Assembly (NCBI GenBank): GCA_963719225.1
Contig: CAVRAY010000001.1
Span: forward strand, 3,392,001 to 3,456,000
Length of the DNA stretch: 64,000 nucleotides
Direction: 5' to 3'
Source of the DNA: Thermoanaerobaculia bacterium
GTDB lineage: Bacteria; Acidobacteriota; Thermoanaerobaculia; UBA5066
Every line of letters begins with the position of its first letter. Position 1 is the stretch's first letter. Of the stretch, positions 1-8,756 are shown piece by piece. The position numbers and the translations under genes are program-made. The notes under the pieces are model-generated. The model saw nothing but the letters and a program-made list of their open reading frames with translations, did no database searches and was not told the DNA's origin.

Positions 1-773
1 GGTCCCGGCGACGGAGGCGCGTCGAACTGATCCACGAAGTACGGAAAACTCAAGGTGCCGTCCTCGTCGAGGAGCGCCACGTAGAAGTTGCGCGCGTCCA
101 TGAGGAAGCCGACCTCGCGATGGATCGCGGAGAAGAGCTCCGCGAGGTCGGTCGTCACGACCGCCGCCTCGGAAATGCGATAGAGCGCCCTCTGCCTCGA
201 GGCCGCGCGCTCGCGGCCGACCGCGCTCGACACGACCCCTCCCACGATCTCCAGCAATCGGACGTCGTCGTCGGGCCATGAGCACTCGCGCCGCGCGGCG
301 ACTCCGAGAATCCCGAGCCTCTCTCCTTCCGTCTCGAGGGGAACCCAGACGAAGGCGCGAACGCCCGAGCGTTCCAGAAGAGAGCGCTCCGCTTCCGCCT
401 CGGGGGGCAGGTCGGCGAGAGACCTCAGGCGGATTCTCCGGAAACTCGGGAGCTGTCCGCGGAACCAGGGGAAATGCACGAGGGGGAGATCGACCGCCGG
501 CGCGACCTCGACGCCCGGCGCGACCCACCGATGTGCGTTCCTCAAGGTGAGGCCGTTCTCGGCAAGCAGCCAGACCGAGCACGTGTCGGCTCCGAGGAAC
601 GTTCCGAGCCGTTGGACCGTCTCGGCCATGCCCAGGGCCGTCTGGTCGGGACCGAGGTGCATGAATTTCGTGGACGTCTCGGCGACGATGCTCTCGAGCT
701 CGATGCGGCGTCGCAGCGCGTTCTCGACGCTGCCGTCCTCCCCGTGGCGCTCAGAATCTGTGTCTTCGTTCAC
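1..773 (-). CDS. GAF-domain signal transduction protein (3' end beyond window edge)
   Basis: Not in the ORF track. Translated by hand from GTG at 773, which overlaps the MFS stop (GTGA): ...ELESIVAETSTKF...RAFVWVPL...WPDDDVRLLEIVGG...LYRISEAA...DARNFYVALLDEDGTLSFPYFVDQFD. This reads as tandem GAF domains. Confidence 0.75.
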   Translation of the reverse strand, partial: MNEDTDSERHGEDGSVENALRRRIELESIVAETSTKFMHLGPDQTALGMAETVQRLGTFLGADTCSVWLLAENGLTLRNAHRWVAPGVEVAPAVDLPLVHFPWFRGQLPSFRRIRLRSLADLPPEAEAERSLLERSGVRAFVWVPLETEGERLGILGVAARRECSWPDDDVRLLEIVGGVVSSAVGRERAASRQRALYRISEAAVVTTDLAELFSAIHREVGFLMDARNFYVALLDEDGTLSFPYFVDQFDAPPSPG

Positions 774-2233
774 GAGACCGGGGTGCCACGCGCCGCCAGG
801 GCCGAGCGCGTTTCCTGCCACTTCCCGCGGGTGATCCCGTATCGCGAGATCGCCGCCAGAGCGAGCGGAGCGACGGCGAGGAGAAGGTACGTCGGAACCA
901 TCGCGAGCTGGAACTTTATCCGAGGCCCGGGGGGCCCCGTCGTCGGATCGAATCCGATCAGATCGAGAGCGAGGCCGGCGACGAGCCAGCTCACGGAAGT
1001 GCCGAGCTTGTACGCGAAGATGTACACGCCGAAATAGAGACCCTCGTCCCTCTTTCCGGACCGCAGCTCCTCGAGGTCGGCGGCATCGGCCGTCATCGAG
1101 TTCGGAATCGACATGAAGGCGCCGTTCCCGATTCCCGCGACGAACATGAAGAGAGCCAGCGTCAGGACGACGCTTCCCCTCTCGGTCGGAAACAGCTTCC
1201 ACCAAACGTGCGTCCAGGGCGCCCCGACGAACCCGACGAAGCCGATGAAGAGCCCGGCGACGAGGGCGGTCTTCTTCTCGAACCGTCGCGTGAACCAGAG
1301 CCAGAAAGGCTGGGAGAGGACGGAGGCCCCGAGGACCGTCAGACCCAGGACGCCGATCTGAGGTCCCGAGAGGCCGTACGTGTAGGTGTTCACGTGGACG
1401 CCGATGTTGATCCCGAACTGGAAGCCCGCTTCCAGGACGAAGATCATCGCGGCGAGGGCGAGGAGCTCGCGGTTCTTCAGGGCACCGACGAAGTCGCCGT
1501 AGAGATTCCGGAGGGAGACGGCGCGCCGGCGCATCGCTTCCGTCCTCTGCGGGAGTGAAGGAATCGCCCGCTTCGTCGCGAGGAACGAGACGGCCGTCGC
1601 GAGGACGATGAGGACGCAGAAGAACAAAGCCATCTTCGGGTAGGCCGCCGGGTTCAGCTGTCCGCGAGGGAACACAGGTGTCGAGCGGAAGAACACGAGC
1701 GGCGCGGCCGCGATGGCGACGATCATGCCCGCGAGGTAGAACGCGGCGCGCGTGGCCTGGATGGACGAGCGCTCGTCGTAGTCCGTCGACAGCTCCCCTC
1801 CGAGAGCGAGGTACGGAACGTAGAAGACGGTGAGGGCCGTCTTGAGGAGGAGGAGGACCACGGCGAACGTCGCGAAGCGCCACACGGCGGGCGCCTCGGG
1901 GCTGATCGTCCACAGGAGCGTGGAGAGGACCGCGATCGCGAGGCCGCCGGTGAGGAGGTAGGGGTGGCGGCGCCCGAGCGCACGCGTCTGGGTGTTGTCC
2001 GACAGGTAGCCGACGAGCGGATCCGTGAGGGCATCCCACACGGCGGAGATCGCAATCGCGATCCCGGCCCAGGCATGCGGGATCTTCAGGATGACCGTGG
2101 CGAAAAAGAGGAGGAACGTCGCCGTGGCCTGATACGGCACCGCGTACGCGAGGTTCCCGGCGCCGTAGCCGACTTTCCGAAGCGCCGGGACCCGGATCGC
2201 GGAAACTTCAGGCTCCGCGGCCCGCGAGAGCAT
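770..2233 (-). CDS. MFS glycoside-pentoside-hexuronide (MelB/GPH-like) symporter
   Basis: KVGYGAGNL, WDALTDPLVGYLSD, GRRHPY, VPYLALGGELSTDYDER and RDEGLYFG motifs; about 12 hydrophobic segments. Confidence 0.9.
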   Translation of the reverse strand: MLSRAAEPEVSAIRVPALRKVGYGAGNLAYAVPYQATATFLLFFATVILKIPHAWAGIAIAISAVWDALTDPLVGYLSDNTQTRALGRRHPYLLTGGLAIAVLSTLLWTISPEAPAVWRFATFAVVLLLLKTALTVFYVPYLALGGELSTDYDERSSIQATRAAFYLAGMIVAIAAAPLVFFRSTPVFPRGQLNPAAYPKMALFFCVLIVLATAVSFLATKRAIPSLPQRTEAMRRRAVSLRNLYGDFVGALKNRELLALAAMIFVLEAGFQFGINIGVHVNTYTYGLSGPQIGVLGLTVLGASVLSQPFWLWFTRRFEKKTALVAGLFIGFVGFVGAPWTHVWWKLFPTERGSVVLTLALFMFVAGIGNGAFMSIPNSMTADAADLEELRSGKRDEGLYFGVYIFAYKLGTSVSWLVAGLALDLIGFDPTTGPPGPRIKFQLAMVPTYLLLAVAPLALAAISRYGITRGKWQETRSALAARGTPVS

Positions 2234-3881
2234 TCCGCACCTCCCGTTTCAGGACCTTCCCCTGAATGCTGCGCGGCAGCTCGGGGAAGACCCTCACTTC
2301 GTCCGGCCGCTCGGCCGGCGGGAGACGCGACGAGAGGTAAAGGAGAAGCTCTCTTGCGAAGGCGTCGGGGCGCACCTCGTTCCGAAAGCGCGCCTTGAGG
2401 GACACGGCCGCCACGATGGTTTCGGTCCCGGGCAGGTGAACGGCGCAGACCTCCTTCACGCGCGGGTCCTCCGCGACGGCCTCCTCGATGACGCGCGGAT
2501 GGAGACAGTGGCCCGCGCGGCGGAGGATGTCCTGCTTTCGCTCGAGGACGTGGAGCCTGCCGGCATCGTCGAGGAACCCCATGTCGCCCGACCGCCACCA
2601 GCCGTACGGGGGATCGCACGGCGGCCCGGCCGAGACGTGGAGGCGTCCGTCGGCGCCGTAGGACGCCACGTCGGCGGAGGCGCGAACCGCGCGTCGCGCC
2701 CGTGCCGTCCGCTCGGGATCCCCGAAGTAGCCCGCGGTGATCGCCGGACTCGAGACGAGAACCTCTCCGATCTCGAAGGCCCCGAGAGCCCGGCCGTCCT
2801 CGGCCTCGATCATGATGCGTACGCTTTCTGCGGGCGTCCCCGCGGACGAAAGCACCTCCGGGCCCGCGGGACGCTCGCGCGTGCCGTGGTCTTCGGTTCC
2901 GAGAACGGTCACGGGAGGAGGACACTCGGACATCCCGTAACCCTGGAGCAGCACGGGACCGAGCCGGCGCACGGCTTCGGCGACCGTCGCTGCCGGCGTG
3001 CTCGCGCTCCCGTACACGATCATCTTCAGAGCGCCGAGGTCTCTCTCCTCGAGAGGGGTGTCGAGAAGATCCGTGAGCTGGCTGGGCGTGAGAAACGCGA
3101 ACGAGATCTGTTCGCCTTCGATGAGATCGAGCATCCTCGCGGCGTCGAAGCCGTCGGGCACGTGGTTCGTCATTCCGAGGACGAGCGTGGGGACGACGAA
3201 CCCGCTGCCGGCCGCGAAGATGGGCACCCCGGTCAGGAATCCCTCGGCGACGTCGGACGAGGCGACCCTGTCGATGAGCCGGAGGAGCCTCAAGCACGAG
3301 TCGGCGGCGGCGCGATTCGTCGCGGTGACGCCCTTGGGAGCTCCCGTCGTGCCCGACGTGAATCCGAGTCCCGAGAGGGAATCGGGGTCGATCGGGCGGG
3401 TGCTGTGGCGTGGAGCCGTGGAGGCGAGAAGGCCGTGGTAGTCGTTCGCCTGACCTCCCGCGGGAAGCAGCGCGGCCTGAGGGAGGACGGCGCGCACGAC
3501 GTCGGAAACGTGCGGCGAAAAGGACGGATCGTGGACGACGAGCCGGGGACGAACGCGGAGGAGGAGTGCCGCGAGATCTCCCGGCGAGGGCATGGGAGGG
3601 ATGCCGAGGAGCGTCGAGCCGGTCTCGATGGTCGCGAGGCGCGCTTCGTAGAGCTCCTCGAGGCGCGGGGAGAACACGTACGCGACGACGTCCGAAGGGC
3701 CGACGCCGCGGTCTTCGATCGCCGCCGCGAGGCGCAACGACCGGTCCTCGAGCTCGGCGAACGTTCGCGAGACTCTGTCCGTGACGAGCGCGACGCGGGA
3801 CGGGAAGCGCGTGAAAGCGCCTCTCACGAGGTCTCGTACGGAAGGCGGCTCGTCGGGGACGGCTCGGGGCGCCTCCCCCAT
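2208..3881 (-). CDS. AMP-dependent acyl-CoA synthetase/ligase
   Basis: FTSGTTGAPKG (A3), QGYGMSE (A5), RSGDMG (A7), PRSIQGKV (A10). True start is MGEAPR at 3881 (TGATG overlap); the rest of the 1451-aa ORF is a shadow. Confidence 0.9.
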   Translation of the reverse strand: MGEAPRAVPDEPPSVRDLVRGAFTRFPSRVALVTDRVSRTFAELEDRSLRLAAAIEDRGVGPSDVVAYVFSPRLEELYEARLATIETGSTLLGIPPMPSPGDLAALLLRVRPRLVVHDPSFSPHVSDVVRAVLPQAALLPAGGQANDYHGLLASTAPRHSTRPIDPDSLSGLGFTSGTTGAPKGVTATNRAAADSCLRLLRLIDRVASSDVAEGFLTGVPIFAAGSGFVVPTLVLGMTNHVPDGFDAARMLDLIEGEQISFAFLTPSQLTDLLDTPLEERDLGALKMIVYGSASTPAATVAEAVRRLGPVLLQGYGMSECPPPVTVLGTEDHGTRERPAGPEVLSSAGTPAESVRIMIEAEDGRALGAFEIGEVLVSSPAITAGYFGDPERTARARRAVRASADVASYGADGRLHVSAGPPCDPPYGWWRSGDMGFLDDAGRLHVLERKQDILRRAGHCLHPRVIEEAVAEDPRVKEVCAVHLPGTETIVAAVSLKARFRNEVRPDAFARELLLYLSSRLPPAERPDEVRVFPELPRSIQGKVLKREVRNALAGRGA

Positions 3882-6631
3882 CAGAAATCGATCCGCGCGG
3901 CGAGCTGCAGCTGCCGGGCCTGGTAGAGGTCGTTCGTCGAGGGACGCGGCGCGCCGAAGTCGGCCGCGCTCACGATGTTGCTGTAGCTGTCGGGATCGTA
4001 GTTCTTCCGGTTCGTCACGTTGAAGCACTCGGCGATCAGCTCGAGGCCGACAGGGCCCAGGACGAAGCGCTTCGCGAGTCGCAGGTCCCATCGGAAATAG
4101 CTCGCCGAGAGCTCGGAGTTGCGGCCGAAGCCCGCCGGGCGGTCCTGGCCGAACGGGGGCGCGTCGTCGAGGTTCGCGTCGAAGCCGAGGAGGCGGTTGT
4201 ACGCCCGGCCGGAGCCCACGGTCACGATCGTGCCGAGCGTGAACGCAAAGGGCGTCTTCGAAAGGAGGTCGTAGGAGCCGTTCGCGACGAGGCGATGGCG
4301 CTGGTCGTTGCGCGCGGGTCCACGGTCCTGCCCGAAGGGATCGGACGAGCGCGCATCGCTGACGTTGACCGCGAAGAACTCGGCTTCGTTCGTCGCGCGC
4401 GACCACGTGTACGACAGCTGAGCCTGCCAGTCGTCCGAATAGGCCTTCCTGACGGTCGCGAGCAGGCCGTAGTACGTCGAGTTTCCGTCCGAGTGGACGC
4501 GGCGCACCGATCCGAGCTGCGGGATGGGCCGCGGCGAATTCGGGTTCGACGGATCCGCACGCAGGTTCTCGCGCACCTCGCCCAGCTCGTGCCGGCCGAG
4601 GATGTAGACGCCGTCGGCGGACACCGCCCAGCCGTGCCCGACCGCCTGCGAGAGACCGAGGCTGTACATGAGCGTATACGGCGTCTGCATGTCGGGGTCG
4701 TTCGCGCGTACTTCCGGCGCGACGCCGATCGCCGGGAGCTTCGTGATGTCGGGCGCCGTCACGCCGTTGCACGCCCCCGCGACGGCGAAGCACGGGTACG
4801 CCTTGATCGTGAAATTCTGCCCGTTGAAGATGTCCTCGTTCAGGCTGAGGTTGTTGAAGATCTCGAAGTAGAACATGCCGGCGCCGCCGCGGACGACCGT
4901 CGTCCCGCGCCCGGTCGGATCCCACGCGAATCCCAGGCGCGGCGCGACGTTGTTCCTGTCCTCCGACGTCGGGGTCCTCAGCACCGGGTTCCCCGCAGCG
5001 TCCTTCAACGGAAAGACGAAGTCCGAGTTCAGAGCGCCGTCCTGGAGGTCGTAGCGCACGCCGAAGTTCAGCGTCAGGCCCTGCGCGATGCGCCACTCGT
5101 CCTGGACGAATCCGCTCCAGAAGTTGATCTGATTCAGGGTGGAGGGGTCTCCTCCACCCTTGATGTAGAGCCGCGCCGTCTTGTCGTCGCCGAGGTATGT
5201 GAACTGGCCCGCGACGAAGAGGTTGAACGTCACGTCTCCCTGCCAGCGCGAGAAGCCGCCGCCGAGCTTCAGGAAATGGTTGCCCGCGGTCAGCGCGAAC
5301 GTGTCGTCGAGCCCGTACCGCTGCTCCTTGCCTCTCTGCGGGAACCGGGGGTTGCCGCCCGCGCTGTACGTCGCGTGCGCCTGGCCGACGTCCGACGAGT
5401 TCGGCGGCGAATCCTGGTCGAAGATGAGCGCGGTCAGCCGTGCGTCGTTGTACGACTTCGCCGAGGGCGACCACTGGTGGGCGAGGATCCAGCCCTGGCT
5501 CTTCGACGCCTGCGCGTAGCCGTACGACGCCGCGAGGCTGCCGCCCACGTTCAGGTTCGTCTGGTCGCGGTCGTCGTAGCGATACGAGAGCGTCAGGTGG
5601 TGCCGGGGAGTCGCGGCGACGTCGACCTTGGCGAAGGCAAGCTTGCGGTCGGTCTCCTGCGGGACGCTGCCGGAGAGGTCGGGGCGGACGGGAATCGAGA
5701 CGACGACCTTGGGATTCGCGTCCAGCTTGTCGAACGAGCCGAAGAAGAACGCCTGGTCCCTGAGGAGCGGACCGCCGAGCGTCGCCCCCCAGTTCTGCCG
5801 CCGGTAGTCGTTGGGCTGATTCGAGAAGAACGGCTCGGCCGTCAGGGAGTCGTTCCGGAGGTAGTAATAGGCCGTCCCGTGAAAGGCGTTCGTGCCCGAC
5901 TTCGTGACGACGTTCACGACGACGGAGTTCGAACGCCCGTACTCGGCGGAGAAATTGTTCGTGACGACCTGGAACTCCTGCACCGTGTCCTGGCTGACAT
6001 TGGCCTGCTGCCCGCCGACGATGAAGTTGTTGTTGTCGGCGCCGTCGAGCGAGACGTACGTCCATCGCGCTTCCTGGGCGCCGCCGGCGACGACGCCGGT
6101 GAACGCCACGTCGCGGCCGGGAGTCGTGCCCGGCGCGAGGAGCGCGAGCTCGAGGTAGTTGCGCGTCGCGAGCGGCAGCGACTTGACCTGCTGGGGCGTG
6201 ACGATCGAGGCGACCTGCGAGGACGTCGGATCGATGAGCTCGACCGTGCTCGAGACCTGGACCTCCGCCGCTGCCGCGGCGCGCATCCGGATCGGGAGCA
6301 CCGCCTCCTGCCCCACGGCGAGGCGCAGCCCCCCCGAGCGAAAGGCGCTGAAGCCCGCGAGCTCCGCGGTGACCGCGTACGTCCCCGGCCTGAGGAGGGC
6401 AATCCGAAAGTCCCCCGCGCTTCCGGTGACGGCGCGGCCCGTGATGCCGCGCTCCTCGTCGCGCGCGGTGACGGCGACACCGGGGAGCGGCGCGCCGTCC
6501 TGGTCCACGACGACCGTTCCCGAGAGAGTGGCCGTGTCGGCGGCAGAGGCGGCCCAGGACCACGCGATGAGCGCGACGAGGGCGAGGACGAGAGCCGGAA
6601 AAGGCTTCGTCGGGTGTCCCGGAATCCTCAT
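3881..6631 (-). CDS. TonB-dependent outer-membrane receptor (Oar-like, N-terminal carboxypeptidase-regulatory domain)
   Basis: Signal peptide MRIPGHP...AASA after a GGAAGGAG RBS; FSAEYGRS...VVTKSGTN plug motif, APRLGFAWD, C-terminal RIDF. Confidence 0.92.
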   Translation of the reverse strand: MRIPGHPTKPFPALVLALVALIAWSWAASAADTATLSGTVVVDQDGAPLPGVAVTARDEERGITGRAVTGSAGDFRIALLRPGTYAVTAELAGFSAFRSGGLRLAVGQEAVLPIRMRAAAAAEVQVSSTVELIDPTSSQVASIVTPQQVKSLPLATRNYLELALLAPGTTPGRDVAFTGVVAGGAQEARWTYVSLDGADNNNFIVGGQQANVSQDTVQEFQVVTNNFSAEYGRSNSVVVNVVTKSGTNAFHGTAYYYLRNDSLTAEPFFSNQPNDYRRQNWGATLGGPLLRDQAFFFGSFDKLDANPKVVVSIPVRPDLSGSVPQETDRKLAFAKVDVAATPRHHLTLSYRYDDRDQTNLNVGGSLAASYGYAQASKSQGWILAHQWSPSAKSYNDARLTALIFDQDSPPNSSDVGQAHATYSAGGNPRFPQRGKEQRYGLDDTFALTAGNHFLKLGGGFSRWQGDVTFNLFVAGQFTYLGDDKTARLYIKGGGDPSTLNQINFWSGFVQDEWRIAQGLTLNFGVRYDLQDGALNSDFVFPLKDAAGNPVLRTPTSEDRNNVAPRLGFAWDPTGRGTTVVRGGAGMFYFEIFNNLSLNEDIFNGQNFTIKAYPCFAVAGACNGVTAPDITKLPAIGVAPEVRANDPDMQTPYTLMYSLGLSQAVGHGWAVSADGVYILGRHELGEVRENLRADPSNPNSPRPIPQLGSVRRVHSDGNSTYYGLLATVRKAYSDDWQAQLSYTWSRATNEAEFFAVNVSDARSSDPFGQDRGPARNDQRHRLVANGSYDLLSKTPFAFTLGTIVTVGSGRAYNRLLGFDANLDDAPPFGQDRPAGFGRNSELSASYFRWDLRLAKRFVLGPVGLELIAECFNVTNRKNYDPDSYSNIVSAADFGAPRPSTNDLYQARQLQLAARIDF

Positions 6632-6662
6632 GTCGTCTCCTTCCACCGAACGCGCGGGTTCT

Positions 6663-8654
6663 CTAGCCCGCCGCCGGCTTGCGGCTCCGAATCTCCTCCA
6701 GACGTCGAAGCAGCCGCTCCGCTTCGGTCCTGTTCCCTCTCGCACGCTCGACGCGCGCGAGGTTCTCGATGGTCTGGGCGCGGTCGGGATCGGCGACGAG
6801 GGCCTCGTGCAGGCGAAGGGCCGCCGCTTCGAAGTCGCGCCCCTCGGCCGCGACCGCCGCGAGACCTGAGAGGCCGTCCACGCTGCGTCCGTCGAGGGCC
6901 ACGACGCGTTGGAACGCCTCCCGCGCCCGCTCCAGCCGGCCGAGCGCGAGCGATTCCTGCCCGAGGTTGATCCACGCATCCTGGAAGTCGGGCTTCAACC
7001 GGACGGCCTCCTCGTGAGCGCGGGCCGCATCGGTCTCGCGCCCGAGGAGGTGCCAGGCGATGCCGAGACCGAACCAGTCCTCGGCCAGCGGCGGAAATCG
7101 ACGAAGGATCTCCTGATAGGCGGCCGCGGACTCCCTCGCGCGGCGGCTCCGCCTGAGGACGAGCGCGAGCTCGCGGAAGAGAGCGGGATCCGACCGCACG
7201 ACGGCGGGGTCGAGCGCGGAAAGGAGCGCGGCGGCCTCGGCGCTCTTCCCGAGCTGGCGCGCGATGATCGCGTCCTCGATCGACGGCCATTCCCCGATGC
7301 GGTCCTTCGGATCGACACGCCTGGCGTCGATGCGGTCGAGATCGGAGCCGGCTCCCTGGGGCGTCACGTAGCCGAGCGAAGCGAGCCGACGCACGGTCTC
7401 CTCGTCCGCAGCCGCGGCCGGTCTCAGCCGTGGCGCCGGCTTCCCGACGATTGCGCCGAGGCGGCGCGCGAGATCGCGCGCGTCCTCCCCGTCGGCGTGA
7501 AACACGTTCGCGCGCTCGAGAGGATCGGCCGTGAGGTCGTAGAGCTCCTTGCGCGGCGCGTCGACGAACTTGAACGATGCGCTGCGCACCGCCTTGAGCG
7601 GAGACCAGCCGAGCAGGGCCGCCGGATAAACGCTCTCCGCGTAGACGACGCGGCTTGGAGGCGCGGTCCCGGCGAGGGCGGAAAAGAGCGACACACCGTC
7701 GCCGTCGCGGTCCGCCGGAAGACGCGCCGCTTCGCGCAGGGTGGGAGCGAGGTCGACGAGGGAGACGGGCGTCGCGACGCGGGTACCGGCCACGCCGGAC
7801 GGCGCGACGACGACGAGCGGAACGTGGAGCGTCGCGTCGTAAAGGAAGACGCCGTGCGTCTTCTCGCCGTGCTCGCCCAGAGATTCACCGTGATCGCCGG
7901 CGACCGCGACGAGAGTCTTCGCGAGGAGGCGGCGTGACTCGAGGTGAGCGATCAGCCGCCCGAGCGCCGCATCGGCCGCCGCGACCTCGCCGTCGTAGGG
8001 AGAGGAGAACCGGTCCCGGAACGCGGGCGGCGGTACGTAGGGGGCATGCGGGTCGTAGAGGTGTACCCACAGGAAGAAGCGTCCCTCGCCGTGGGCGTTC
8101 AGCCACGCGATCGCGCGATCAACGACCTCCTCGCCTCCCCTTTCGGCGCGCCACGAAGCGGCCTCGAGCCCGGCATTCGCGGCGAAGCTCTCGTCGTAAG
8201 CCTCGAACCCGCGGGCGAGCCCGACCTCGGACCGGAGCACGAGCGACCCGATCACGGCCGCGGTCTCGAAGCCCGCTTCGCGGAACGCACTCGCGAGGAG
8301 CGGGACGTCGGCGGCGACGCGGTCCGTCCCGTTCACGCGCACGCCATGGCGAAACGGCAGGCGGCCGGAGAAGAGAGACACGTGGGCCGGGAGCGTGAGA
8401 GGCGCCGGCGAGAACGCGCTGGAGAAGACCGCGCCGCGTGAGGCGAGGCGGTCCAGATGAGGCGTCAGGTTGGGCGGTCCGCCGAGCGCGCCCACACGGT
8501 CCGCGCGGAGCGTGTCGATCGTGACGACGAGAAAATTCTGGGCGCGCGGTTGAGCCGGGGCCGTTCGAACGCAGCCCGCGGTGGCCAGCGTGAACAGACC
8601 TCCGGCGGCGTACACCAAAAAGGCGTCGCCGAGACGTCGGCCTTGTTCTCCCAC
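6663..8654 (-). CDS. Sulfatase-like hydrolase/transferase with C-terminal TPR repeats
   Basis: TIDTLRAD, PLTLPAH, HLYDPHAPY and GDHGESLGEHGE motifs; TPR helices in the last ~200 aa. Confidence 0.88.
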   Translation of the reverse strand: MGEQGRRLGDAFLVYAAGGLFTLATAGCVRTAPAQPRAQNFLVVTIDTLRADRVGALGGPPNLTPHLDRLASRGAVFSSAFSPAPLTLPAHVSLFSGRLPFRHGVRVNGTDRVAADVPLLASAFREAGFETAAVIGSLVLRSEVGLARGFEAYDESFAANAGLEAASWRAERGGEEVVDRAIAWLNAHGEGRFFLWVHLYDPHAPYVPPPAFRDRFSSPYDGEVAAADAALGRLIAHLESRRLLAKTLVAVAGDHGESLGEHGEKTHGVFLYDATLHVPLVVVAPSGVAGTRVATPVSLVDLAPTLREAARLPADRDGDGVSLFSALAGTAPPSRVVYAESVYPAALLGWSPLKAVRSASFKFVDAPRKELYDLTADPLERANVFHADGEDARDLARRLGAIVGKPAPRLRPAAAADEETVRRLASLGYVTPQGAGSDLDRIDARRVDPKDRIGEWPSIEDAIIARQLGKSAEAAALLSALDPAVVRSDPALFRELALVLRRSRRARESAAAYQEILRRFPPLAEDWFGLGIAWHLLGRETDAARAHEEAVRLKPDFQDAWINLGQESLALGRLERAREAFQRVVALDGRSVDGLSGLAAVAAEGRDFEAAALRLHEALVADPDRAQTIENLARVERARGNRTEAERLLRRLEEIRSRKPAAG

Positions 8655-8756
8655 GGGATTCCTGTTGTGAGCAGGATAGGCGTATCGAATTCGGAGTCAA
8701 GCCGGGAGGGCCCCGGCGCGGCACGCGGACGGCGCCGCGCCTAAACTCGATGGACC

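Noticed and set aside
3882-6563. Apparent 1451-aa giant acyl-CoA ligase
   Set aside because: The N-terminal ~890 aa is an off-frame read of the TonB receptor gene; the real start is at 3881
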